Source: Burkholderiales bacterium (GTDB lineage: Bacteria > Pseudomonadota > Gammaproteobacteria > Burkholderiales > JAEUOS01). Taken from it: a stretch of 37,126 bases of DNA. Shown one piece after another: positions 23,445 through 32,208 of the stretch; within the stretch, counting starts at the first letter, position 1; every line of letters begins with the position of its first letter. A program made the translations under genes and the position numbers. The notes beneath the pieces are model-generated. The model saw nothing but the letters and a program-made list of their open reading frames with translations. It had not been told where the DNA came from and did not search any database. The DNA is taken from contig JANLTL010000348.1 of NCBI GenBank assembly GCA_031362905.1, positions 1-37,126 of the forward strand, given 5' to 3'.

Positions 23445-26186
23445 ATGGGCAAGGCACTTATCATCGCGGAAAAACCATCGGTCGCCACCGATATTTCGCG
23501 CGCGCTCGGCGGTTTCAAGAAGGTCGCCGACTACTACGAATCGGACACCTACGTGTTGTCATCGGCGGTCGGCCATCTGGTCGAGATCGCCGCACCGGAA
23601 GAATACGAAGTCAAACGCGGCAAATGGAGCTTTGCGCATCTGCCAGTGATTCCGCCGCACTTCGATGTGCGGCCGATCGAAAAAAGTGCTGAGCGTTTGC
23701 GTCTGTTGACCAAGCTCATCAAACGCAAGGACGTGGACTCGCTGATCAACGCCTGCGACGCGGGCCGTGAGGGCGAACTGATTTTCCGTCTGATCGCGCA
23801 GCATGCCGGCAGCAAGAAACCAGTCAAGCGCCTGTGGCTGCAATCGATGACACAGGGCGCGATCACCGACGGCTTTGCCCATCTGCGCGACGATAAGGAC
23901 ATGCTGGCGCTGGCCGATGCCGCACGCTGCCGCTCGGAAGCCGACTGGCTGATCGGCATCAACGGCACGCGCGCGATGACCGCGTTCAACAGCAAGGAGG
24001 GCGGCTTTTATCTGACCACCGTGGGCCGCGTGCAGACGCCGACACTCGCCGTGCTGGTCGAGCGTGAGTCCAAGATCCGCGCCTTCAAATCACGTGACTA
24101 TTGGGAAGTGCACGCATCGTTCGGCGTCAAGGCCGGTGAATACCCAGGGCGCTGGTTTGATCCTGCCTTCAAAAAGCCCGCCGAGGGTGAGGGCGACGAA
24201 TACCTGCGTGAACATGCGCGCACCGAGCGTATTTGGGACGAAAAGCAGGCCGCCGCCGCAGTAGCAGCCTGCCAGGGCCAGACCGGCATCGTCACCGAGG
24301 AGTCGAAGCCCACCACGCAATCCTCGCCCCTGCTGTTCGACCTCACCAGCCTGCAGCGTGAAGTCAATGGCCGCTTTGGGCTGTCGGCGCGCAATACGCT
24401 GGCAGTGGCACAGGCCCTGTACGACCGCCACAAGGTGCTGACTTATCCGCGTACCGACGCCCGCGCGCTGCCGGAAGACTACATTCCCACGGTCAAGAAA
24501 ACGCTGGAGATGTTGAAGGACAGCAACAACTATGTCAGCGCCGCAGCCAAGATCTTGAAGCAGGGCTGGGTCAAGCCGTCCAAACGGATTTTTGACAACA
24601 GCAAGATCTCCGATCACTTCGCGATCATCCCGACCTTGCAGGCACCCAAGTCGCTCTCGGAGATCGAGCAAAAGGTGTATGACCTGGTGGTCAAGCGTTT
24701 TCTCGCCGTGTTTTATCCGCCGGCGGAATTCATGCAGACCACGCGTATCACTGAAGTGGCCGGTCATTCGTTCAAGACCGAAGGCAAGGTGCTGACGGAA
24801 CCAGGCTGGCTCGCGGTCTACGGCAAGGCGCTGCAGACGGCGGATGAAGCTGATACCAATCTGTGCGCCGTCGAGCAAGGCGAAAAGGCCGCGACTCGCA
24901 GCATCGAAGCGCGCGCCAACCAGACCAAAGCGCCGCCGCGCTACTCGGAAGCGACCTTGCTGTCTGCCATGGAGGGCGCGGGAAAACTGATCGAAGACGA
25001 AGAGTTGCGCGCTGCAATGGACCAAAAGGGTCTGGGCACGCCGGCCACCCGCGCCGCAGTCATCGAGGGCCTGATTCGCGAGGAATACATTCACCGCAAT
25101 GGCCGCGAATTGCAGCCGACCGCCAAGGCGTTCTCGCTGATGTTCGCCCTGCATCACTTTGGCGTCACCGAACTCGCGTCACCGGAACTGACCGGCGAGT
25201 GGGAACACAAACTGAAGCTAATGGAGGCCGGCAAGCTCAAGCGCGAAGCCTTCATGCAGCACATCACCGATGTGACCGGCGACATGGTCAATCGCATCCG
25301 GGACGGCAACATTCCCGACACGGCGTTTGCCACGGTCGATGCCCCTTGCCCCAAATGCGGCGGCCTGGTACAGGAGAACTACCGCAAGTTCCAGTGCCTC
25401 TCCTGCGAATTCAATTTGTGGAAAGTCATTTCCGGCCGCGAATGGGCTGCGGAAGAAGTCGCCGAATTGATTCGCAACAAGACCATCGGCCCGCTTACCG
25501 GCTTTCGCAGCAAGATGGGGCGACCGTTCGCCGCGTCACTCAAACTCAACGATGAGGGCCGCGCTGAGTTCGATTTCGGCCAGCTCGACGACGATGCTGA
25601 AGTGCCGGACTTTTCGGCACAAGAGAGCGTCGGCGCCTGCCCCAAGTGCAGTGCCAAGGTCTACGAGCATGGCTCCGGCTATATCTGCGAGAAGGCGATT
25701 GGCCTGGCACGCACCTGCGATTTCCGCTCGGGCCGCATCATCCTGCAGCAGGAAATCTCACGCGAACAGATGGGCAAGCTGCTGGGCAATGGCCGTACCG
25801 ATTTGCTCACTGACTTCGTATCGAACCGCAGCCGTCGCAAGTTCAAGGCTTTCCTGGTGAAGCAACCGGATGGCAAGGTCGGGTTCGAGTTCATGCAGCG
25901 TGCGGTCAAGCCGGGTGCGGAAGGCGGCGCAGCGGGGGCGGCGAAAGGTGCCGGCGCCAAAGCTGCTGTGGCCAAACCGGCTGCGGCGAAATCAGCCGCC
26001 GCCAGAAAAACAGCAGCGGCAAAGGCGTTGGACGACGAACCAGCGCCCTGGAAGGCGACCACCAAAAAGGCGGCCGCAAAAAGGGCGGCTCCCAGCAAGC
26101 CTGCTGCCAAAAAGGCGCCGGCCAAAGTGGCCGTGACAAAGTCACCGGCGAAAAAGGCGGTACGGAAGGCCACAGCAAAATCCTAG
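23445..26186 (+). CDS. topB: type IA DNA topoisomerase, topoisomerase III-like, with Zn-ribbon repeats and Lys/Ala-rich C-terminal tail
   Basis: 913-aa ORF. It has a TOPRIM N-terminus (LIIAEKPSVATDISRAL, GHL, ACDAGREGELIF) and an active-site Tyr context (LTYPRTDARALPEDY). C4-type motifs are CPKCGG...CLSC and CPKCSAK...C. The tail is rich in AAKKA-type repeats. Confidence 0.9.
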   Translation: MGKALIIAEKPSVATDISRALGGFKKVADYYESDTYVLSSAVGHLVEIAAPEEYEVKRGKWSFAHLPVIPPHFDVRPIEKSAERLRLLTKLIKRKDVDSLINACDAGREGELIFRLIAQHAGSKKPVKRLWLQSMTQGAITDGFAHLRDDKDMLALADAARCRSEADWLIGINGTRAMTAFNSKEGGFYLTTVGRVQTPTLAVLVERESKIRAFKSRDYWEVHASFGVKAGEYPGRWFDPAFKKPAEGEGDEYLREHARTERIWDEKQAAAAVAACQGQTGIVTEESKPTTQSSPLLFDLTSLQREVNGRFGLSARNTLAVAQALYDRHKVLTYPRTDARALPEDYIPTVKKTLEMLKDSNNYVSAAAKILKQGWVKPSKRIFDNSKISDHFAIIPTLQAPKSLSEIEQKVYDLVVKRFLAVFYPPAEFMQTTRITEVAGHSFKTEGKVLTEPGWLAVYGKALQTADEADTNLCAVEQGEKAATRSIEARANQTKAPPRYSEATLLSAMEGAGKLIEDEELRAAMDQKGLGTPATRAAVIEGLIREEYIHRNGRELQPTAKAFSLMFALHHFGVTELASPELTGEWEHKLKLMEAGKLKREAFMQHITDVTGDMVNRIRDGNIPDTAFATVDAPCPKCGGLVQENYRKFQCLSCEFNLWKVISGREWAAEEVAELIRNKTIGPLTGFRSKMGRPFAASLKLNDEGRAEFDFGQLDDDAEVPDFSAQESVGACPKCSAKVYEHGSGYICEKAIGLARTCDFRSGRIILQQEISREQMGKLLGNGRTDLLTDFVSNRSRRKFKAFLVKQPDGKVGFEFMQRAVKPGAEGGAAGAAKGAGAKAAVAKPAAAKSAAARKTAAAKALDDEPAPWKATTKKAAAKRAAPSKPAAKKAPAKVAVTKSPAKKAVRKATAKS

Positions 26187-26275
26187 GGAAGGAGGTCGGC
26201 ACCGCGCACCGACACGCCGCCGCCGCTGCGGTACACTCCCGCCCCTCGCTTCCTTCGGGGCTTCAAGGAGTTGTC

Positions 26276-27262
26276 ATGCTGCGTCGCCAATATATTCTCT
26301 CCGCTGCAGTCGCAGCGGCCATCACGTCAGGCAGCGTAGCGCCTGCCGTTTTCGCGCAAGCCTGGCCGTCCAAACCGATCCGCTTGATTGTCCCCTTCGC
26401 GCCGGGCGGCACGACCGACATCGTCGCGCGCATCACCGGCGACAAGCTTGGGCGCGAACTCGGCCAGCCGGTGATCATCGAAAACCGCGCCGGCGGAGGC
26501 GGCACGGTCGGTGCTGACTACGTGGCCAAATCACCAGCTGACGGCTATATCCTCGGCGTCGCGACAGTGTCAACCATCGGCACCAATCCGGCGACCAATT
26601 CGAAGATGCCCTACGACTCGCTCAAGGACTTCGCCTTCATCACCAACCTCGTCAACGTGCCCAATGTGATGACAGTGAACCCGACCAAATTGCCGGTCAA
26701 GGACATGAAAGAATTTATTGCGCTGGTGAAGAAATCACCAGGCAAATATTCGTATGCATCGAGCGGCTCGGGCGGCATCTCGCATCTCGACGGCGAATTG
26801 TTCAAGGCACTCACCGGCACTTTCATCGTGCACATTCCCTATCGCGGCTCCGGGCCAGCGCTCACCGACACGGTGGCGGGCCAGGTTGACTCGCAACTCG
26901 ACAACCTGCCATCGAGCCTGCCCTTCATCAAGAGCGGCAAGTTGCACGCACTCGCCCTGATGTCAGACAAGCGCGTCGAGTCGCTGCCCGAGGTGCCGAC
27001 CTTTGCCGAAGTGGGCTTGAAAGAATTGAACAACATGGCCTGGTATGGCCTGGTCGGTCCGGCAGCGCTGCCCAAGGACATCGTCGCCAAAGTGAATGCG
27101 GCTGCGGTCAAAACGCTGGCTGATCCCGATGTAAAGAAGCGGCTTGCAGAGGGCGGCTCGATCACCGATGGCGGCACGCCCGAGCAGTTTTTGCAAAAGG
27201 GGCAGCGTGAGCTGGCCCTGCGACGCGATATTGTGAAGAAGCAAAAGATCGTCCTGGAGTAA
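26276..27262 (+). CDS. Bug-family (TctC-like) tripartite tricarboxylate transporter substrate-binding protein
   Basis: AAGGAG RBS, a signal peptide ending AVFAQA, and then WPSKPIRLIVPFAPGGTTD...ENRAGGGG, the typical Bug N-terminus. No tctA or tctB gene lies adjacent. Confidence 0.9.
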   Translation: MLRRQYILSAAVAAAITSGSVAPAVFAQAWPSKPIRLIVPFAPGGTTDIVARITGDKLGRELGQPVIIENRAGGGGTVGADYVAKSPADGYILGVATVSTIGTNPATNSKMPYDSLKDFAFITNLVNVPNVMTVNPTKLPVKDMKEFIALVKKSPGKYSYASSGSGGISHLDGELFKALTGTFIVHIPYRGSGPALTDTVAGQVDSQLDNLPSSLPFIKSGKLHALALMSDKRVESLPEVPTFAEVGLKELNNMAWYGLVGPAALPKDIVAKVNAAAVKTLADPDVKKRLAEGGSITDGGTPEQFLQKGQRELALRRDIVKKQKIVLE

Positions 27263-27323
27263 GCGCAGGAGCGCATTGATTGCGCAATCCGCAGCGTAGC
27301 GCAGTGCCGTGTTGCCGCCCAGC

Positions 27324-27352
27324 AAAAACGCCGGCTGATCGCCGGCGTTTTT
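27324..27352. terminator. bidirectional rho-independent terminator between convergent genes
   Basis: AAAAACGCCGGC-TGATC-GCCGGCGTTTTT is a perfect 12-bp arm pair that includes the A/T runs. It lies between the Bug gene stop (27262) and the hydrolase stop (27381). Confidence 0.8.
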
Positions 27353-27380
27353 CATTCTGCATCGCGTGCGCCTCAACCCC

Positions 27381-28313
27381 TCAAACGGCCCGACTGCCCC
27401 GGTCGCTGCTGTCACCGTGGTCACCGCGATCACCCCGGTCACAATTGGCCGCGATGCTGTCAGCAATCCGGGCAATCAACCCCGCGGGCAGATCGTGCCC
27501 CATGCCATCAATGATCTCCAGTTGCGCGGAAGGTATCTTGCGCGCGAGATCCACGCCGCAGGCCACCGGCACCAGGGGATCGTCGCGGCCATGCAATACC
27601 AGGGTCGGCATCCCGAGACCGCCGAGCCGCGGTGTACGATCACCTGACGCGGCCACTGCCACCAGTTGGCGTATCACGCCCTGCGGGTAATAGCTGCGCC
27701 GCACGCTGCGACCGACTCGTTCGCGCAGTGCTGCGTCATCGACCGGATAGCCCGGACTGCCGATCACGCGCCAGATCGACACGGCATGATCGATGCGGCT
27801 CTCGACATCGTGCATATCGCGCGGGCGTGACAACAAGGCGCGCCGCGCGCCGGCGGTCGGTCCTGCAAGGCGGCGCGCACCGCTGCTGGTCATGATGAGG
27901 GCGAGCGAGCGTACGCGCTCGGGGGCGAGGGCAGCGAACTCTTGCGCAATCATGCCGCCCATCGATACGCCGACCACATCGCAGCGCTCGACATGCAAGG
28001 CATCGAGCAGGCCAATGGCATCGCGCGCCATGTCGGCCAGGAGATAGGACGAACGCACCCGCAGGCCGAGCGCGTTCATCATGCCGGCGACGAGCATGTT
28101 GGGCACACCCGCCGATTCCATCTTTGACGACAGGCCGACGTCACGATTGTCGAAGGTAATGGGCCGGAAACCCTTGGCTACCAAGGCTTTCAAGAGGTCA
28201 TCGGGCCACGCCGTGAGCTGCATGCCGAGGCCCATGATGAGCAGTAGCGGACGGCCCGCGGCCTCGCCATGCACTTCACATTCCAGTTCGATGCCGTTGG
28301 CGGCAATGCGCAT
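27381..28313 (-). CDS. alpha/beta-fold hydrolase with D-[RH]-G repeat C-terminal tail
   Basis: ATG 28313 (MRIAANGIELECEVHGEAAGRPLLLIMGLGMQ) forms an ATGA overlap with the upstream gene's stop. It has the nucleophile elbow GVSMGG and a late GHDLP His motif. The tail is CDRGDRGDHGDSSDRGS. Confidence 0.85.
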   Translation of the reverse strand: MRIAANGIELECEVHGEAAGRPLLLIMGLGMQLTAWPDDLLKALVAKGFRPITFDNRDVGLSSKMESAGVPNMLVAGMMNALGLRVRSSYLLADMARDAIGLLDALHVERCDVVGVSMGGMIAQEFAALAPERVRSLALIMTSSGARRLAGPTAGARRALLSRPRDMHDVESRIDHAVSIWRVIGSPGYPVDDAALRERVGRSVRRSYYPQGVIRQLVAVAASGDRTPRLGGLGMPTLVLHGRDDPLVPVACGVDLARKIPSAQLEIIDGMGHDLPAGLIARIADSIAANCDRGDRGDHGDSSDRGSRAV

Positions 28314-29167
28314 CAGGACAAGTTCCGCTGCGATGCGCCGCGATCCGGTGTTTGCCCGGTCTTGAAAAACCACTTGCGTGCACCCTCGGCTTCAAACGCG
28401 CGCCACTTGCCTTCGGGCTGGGCAAGACGGTCGGCAATCGCGAACAGCGCCATCGGGTTCAGCCCCATGCCGAAATGGCTGGCCTGAATCTCGATGTTCT
28501 CCAATTGCTTGCCGGGGGGATTGAGGCAGCATTGCCAGGCGACGATGCCGTCGGATTTCGAATAGAGCGACGTGGTCGGCACCGGCGGCGGGGTGGCGAT
28601 GGCGCGCTCGCGCGCCTGGTGACGCGTCTCGGCCACTTTCTGGCGGCTCACCAGTTCATACAAGCGCCAGGCGTTGGTTGCCTTGGGGTCGCCGGTGAAG
28701 GGGGTGCCAAGCGTGATCACGCTGCGCGTGAGCTTGGGCACGGCTTTCGCAATCTCGCGCGCGTAAATGCCGCCGAGGCTCCAGCCGAGCAGGCTGACCT
28801 TGCGGCCATGCAATTGCTCAATTTCGCGCACGTGTTCGATGCAGCCGTTCAACACGCCCGAGCGCGGGCCGAAATTGAAACCGTAATTCCAAGGGTAGGG
28901 CTCGTAGCCGCGCTCACGCAAAAAATTGCGCAGCGTAATGGTCGAGACATCGTTGGCCGCCAGACCGGGCAGAACCAGCACCGGGTGGCCATCGCCCTGC
29001 GGCATGCCGCTGACAAACGGCAGGGCCGCGAACGAGGCGCCAAACTCCCACAGTGCACGCGCTTCGAGCAGCATCAGGAAGGCGGAAGGGGCGCTGATGC
29101 CGACGTCCATGGCACCCGCGCCTGCCGCAGCGGCACCGGTACCCGTCGCGGTCATGGTTGATTCCAT
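28313..29167 (-). CDS. alpha/beta-fold hydrolase (esterase/lipase-like)
   Basis: ATG 29167 is preceded by AAGGAG. Motifs are HPVLVLPGLAANDVST, the nucleophile elbow GWSLGG, and SDGIV. The remaining 185 N-terminal residues of the 469-aa track ORF are Arg/Cys/His-rich and antisense to the lipoprotein gene, so they are rejected. Confidence 0.8.
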   Translation of the reverse strand: MESTMTATGTGAAAAGAGAMDVGISAPSAFLMLLEARALWEFGASFAALPFVSGMPQGDGHPVLVLPGLAANDVSTITLRNFLRERGYEPYPWNYGFNFGPRSGVLNGCIEHVREIEQLHGRKVSLLGWSLGGIYAREIAKAVPKLTRSVITLGTPFTGDPKATNAWRLYELVSRQKVAETRHQARERAIATPPPVPTTSLYSKSDGIVAWQCCLNPPGKQLENIEIQASHFGMGLNPMALFAIADRLAQPEGKWRAFEAEGARKWFFKTGQTPDRGASQRNLS

Positions 29168-29290
29168 CGCGACTCCTTGATCATTTTTTTGCGACCGCCT
29201 GCGCTTTTGCAAACGATGGTCTCCGTCGTGGTGTTCCCTCACCGCTCGGCGATTGTAAGGGCAATATTGCGGGGCTGGGATAATGTTCCC

Positions 29291-29842
29291 ATGTCCCGCC
29301 AGCCGCTCCATCGCCGATTTGCCACGCTCTGCGTTGCGCTGGCCTGCACGCTGCTCACCGCTGCCTGCAACCCCGCTTACGATTGGCGCGAGCATCGCTT
29401 TGAAGACGGCGGCTTCTCGATTTTGTTTCCGCAAAAGCCGGGCCGTGCAGAGCGCAAGCTCGCCACACCTGCCGGCGAAGTGACGATGAAGATGGTTTCG
29501 GTGCGCGTCGAGGAGACCGTGTTCGGTGCAGCCAGCGCTGATTTCGCAGCACCGCCGGACGCCGCGATGCTCGCGGCGATGCACACCGCCCTGCTGAAAA
29601 ATCTGGACGGCACTGTGCACAGCGACCGGCCGGTGACAAGCAGCGCACCGGCCGCACTCGCTGGCCGGGAGGTCATCAAGCGCGGCAAGCTGGGTGCCGG
29701 CGAGCGCGCCGTCGACGGGCAATTGCGCGCACGCTTTTTTGTACGCGGCACCCGCTACTACCAGATCGCTGCGATGGGCCGCGCCGGCGTGGTGCCGGAC
29801 GCCGATCTCGACCTGTTCTTCACGTCGTTCAAGCCCGACTGA
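29291..29842 (+). CDS. hypothetical lipoprotein
   Basis: ATG 29291 gives MSRQPLHRRFATLCVALACTLLTAAC, a lipobox-type signal with Cys at +1. I recognise no domain. Its stop overlaps the MFS start (TGATG). Confidence 0.65.
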   Translation: MSRQPLHRRFATLCVALACTLLTAACNPAYDWREHRFEDGGFSILFPQKPGRAERKLATPAGEVTMKMVSVRVEETVFGAASADFAAPPDAAMLAAMHTALLKNLDGTVHSDRPVTSSAPAALAGREVIKRGKLGAGERAVDGQLRARFFVRGTRYYQIAAMGRAGVVPDADLDLFFTSFKPD

Positions 29843-31188
29843 TGACGCCCGCGCCAGCCATGCGCGCGCCGCTGGCGCTGATCTTCACGCTGTTCGCGGC
29901 CGGCTACTTTCTGTCCTACTGTTTTCGTTCGGTCGGCCCCCTGATCGCATCCGACCTGATGCGCGAACTGCAGCTCGACGCCGGTCAGCTTGGTCTGCTC
30001 GCCAGCGCCTACTTTCTCACCTTCGCCATTGCGCAGCCCTTCATCGGCATCGCGATGGACCGCCATGGCCCGGCGCGCATCAACGCCGTGCTGTTCGCGA
30101 TCGCAGCGGCGGGCGCGGCGGTGTTCGCACGGGGTGAGAGCATCGCCACACTCGCGCTCGGCCGCGCCCTGATCGGCCTCGGTGTCAGCGGTGCCTTGAT
30201 GACGGCGCTGAAGGCGCTGGTGGTCTGGTACCCGCTGCGCCAGCGTGAAGCCCTGTCGAGCGTGATGATGGCAGTCGGCGGCATGGCCGCAATGATCGCG
30301 TCGGTGCCGGCCGAATTGGCGATGCGCAGCATCGGCTGGCGTGGTCTGTTCTGGGTTTTGGGGGCCGCAAGTGTGATCGTCGCAGCGGCGCTCTGGTGGC
30401 GGCTCTCAGCCCGATATCTGACGGAGAATGGCTTCCAGAGCCATTCTCCTGAACGCGACCGGGTGCAGGGTGCGATGCCTATGGCCGCTGCGCCCAACCC
30501 CGCAACGGATGACGCCGAGCAGCGCGCCATCGCCGGCGGTTTTCGCACCATCTTTACCTCACGCATTTTTGCCGCCTACATCCCGATCGCATTCTTCAGC
30601 AGTGGCGGCTTCTCGGCGGTGCAGTCGCTGTGGGCAGGGCCGTGGTTGATCGATGCAGCCGGGCACTCGCGTGCCTCAGCCGCCGGTGTGTTGTTCGTCT
30701 TCGGGCTCGCCATGTTCGCGGGCTACGTGTTGACCGCCTTCATCACCGCGCGTCTGCAAAGCGTGCCCGGCGCACCGAGGCGCTTCTACGCGGGTTCGCT
30801 GGCCCTGGCTTACACCGCGCTGGGCGTGATCGTCGCTAACGCCTGGGCGTCGAGCAGCCTGCCGTGGTTCGCTCTGGGCATCACGGTCGGCGCGGGCATG
30901 CTGGCCTACCCGGCCCTCACACGCGCGTTTCCCGCCGCGATTGCAGGCCGCGTGGTGACGGCCTACAACATGGTCATGTTTGTTGGCGCCTTTTTTCTGC
31001 AATGGGGCATCGGCGCGCTGATCCAGTGGATGCTCGACGGTGGGGCCGCGACGCTGCAGGCCTATCAGGTCAGCTTCGGCGCACTGTTGCTGATGCAGGT
31101 TCTGGCGCTGGCGTGGTTCTGGGCGCTGAGCCGATCGCGCAGTCCTGTCGCAGCCCTTGCGTCGGAGACCGAACGGGAAAGGTCCTAA
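29842..31188 (+). CDS. MFS transporter
   Basis: 448-aa ORF with about 12 hydrophobic segments in a two-halves architecture, with a central hydrophilic loop (...YLTENGFQSHSPERDR...). Confidence 0.85.
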   Translation: MTPAPAMRAPLALIFTLFAAGYFLSYCFRSVGPLIASDLMRELQLDAGQLGLLASAYFLTFAIAQPFIGIAMDRHGPARINAVLFAIAAAGAAVFARGESIATLALGRALIGLGVSGALMTALKALVVWYPLRQREALSSVMMAVGGMAAMIASVPAELAMRSIGWRGLFWVLGAASVIVAAALWWRLSARYLTENGFQSHSPERDRVQGAMPMAAAPNPATDDAEQRAIAGGFRTIFTSRIFAAYIPIAFFSSGGFSAVQSLWAGPWLIDAAGHSRASAAGVLFVFGLAMFAGYVLTAFITARLQSVPGAPRRFYAGSLALAYTALGVIVANAWASSSLPWFALGITVGAGMLAYPALTRAFPAAIAGRVVTAYNMVMFVGAFFLQWGIGALIQWMLDGGAATLQAYQVSFGALLLMQVLALAWFWALSRSRSPVAALASETERERS

Positions 31189-32198
31189 TCGACCTTCGCG
31201 CCGGACAGTTTGACGATGCGCGCGTACTTGGCACGCTCGCGTTCAATGAAGGCGGCAAACTCTTGTGGTGAATTGCCGCCCGGCTCGGCCCCCATGCGTG
31301 TGAACAAGGCTTTCAACTCGGGCGTCGCCATCGCGCGAACGAGTTCAGCGTGCAACTTGTCGAGCGCGATTTTCGGGATGCCAGCCGGGGCCATGATGCC
31401 GAACCAGGTGTCGAGGTCGAAGTCTTTCAGGCGCGCGTCAGACTCTGCCATGGTCGGCAGCTCGGGCGCGAATTGCGAGCGCTTGGCGGTGGTCACGGCG
31501 AGCGGCTTGACCTTGCCCGCCTTGATCTGCGCGCTGGCGTTGGCAAGGTTGTCGAACATCAGGTCGGTCTGCCCGGCCATCAGCGCGAGCAGCGCGGGGT
31601 TGCCGCCGGAGTAGGGAATGTGGACGATGAAGCTGCGCGTCTGCTGCTTCATCAACTCGCCGGCGAGGTGGCCGGTGCTGCCGTTGGAACCAGAGCCGAA
31701 GTTGAGCCGGCCGGGATTCTTCTGTGCGAAGTCGATCAGGTCTTTGACGCTGGCAATCGCCGACTGCGGCGGCACGATCAACACGTTGGGCGTGCTCGCC
31801 ACCAGCGTGACCGGTTGGAAATCCTTCACCGCGTCGTAAGGCATCTTCGCGTACAGCGCCGGGTTGATCGCGTGCGTGGCGACCGCACCCATGACGATGC
31901 TGTAGCCATCAGCAGGCGACTTCGCCACGTTGTCCGCGCCAACGTTGCCGCCCGCGCCAGGGCGGTTCTCGACCAGCACCGGCTGGCCCAGGCCATCTTT
32001 CATCTTGTCGGCGAGGGCGCGCGCGGTTTGGTCAAGCGAGCCGCCGGCTGGGTAGGGGACGACAAAGCGGACCGCCTTGGTCGGCCATGCAGCGGTGGAT
32101 GCCGATGCGGCACCGGCCGGAGAGGCGCTCTGGGCATGGATTGCAGAGGACACTGCCGCGAGAGCGGCTCCCACCAAAGCTCTTCGAAATATTCTCAT
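31185..32198 (-). CDS. Bug-family (TctC-like) substrate-binding protein
   Basis: ATG 32198 gives MRIFRRALVGAALAAVSSAIHAQ, then WPTKAVRFVVPYPAGGSLD...ENRPGAGGN. Its stop overlaps the convergent MFS stop by 4 nt. Confidence 0.9.
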   Translation of the reverse strand: MRIFRRALVGAALAAVSSAIHAQSASPAGAASASTAAWPTKAVRFVVPYPAGGSLDQTARALADKMKDGLGQPVLVENRPGAGGNVGADNVAKSPADGYSIVMGAVATHAINPALYAKMPYDAVKDFQPVTLVASTPNVLIVPPQSAIASVKDLIDFAQKNPGRLNFGSGSNGSTGHLAGELMKQQTRSFIVHIPYSGGNPALLALMAGQTDLMFDNLANASAQIKAGKVKPLAVTTAKRSQFAPELPTMAESDARLKDFDLDTWFGIMAPAGIPKIALDKLHAELVRAMATPELKALFTRMGAEPGGNSPQEFAAFIERERAKYARIVKLSGAKVD

Positions 32199-32208
32199 CT
32201 CAACTCGC

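Noticed and set aside
24090-25157. 355-aa ORF antisense to topB. Similar long antisense or alternative-frame ORFs occur at 31350..32300, 33241..34071, 13608..14474, 28352..29161, 1967..2740 and 3468..4184.
   Set aside because: Long stop-free antisense frames are expected in DNA this GC-rich. The translations are Arg/Gly/His/Ala-rich low-complexity sequence with no motifs. Each lies fully inside a strongly supported gene on the other strand.
25705-25719. TGGCAC-N5-TGC sigma-54-like string. Similar TGGCAC strings occur inside the lysM-domain gene and ugpB.
   Set aside because: It lies inside coding sequence. The GG-to-GC spacing is one nt short of the -24/-12 consensus, and the TTGC element is incomplete.
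27381-27452. Two RGD tripeptides in the hydrolase tail considered as adhesion motifs.
   Set aside because: They are a by-product of the D-R-G repeat. There is no signal peptide and no evidence that the protein is surface exposed.
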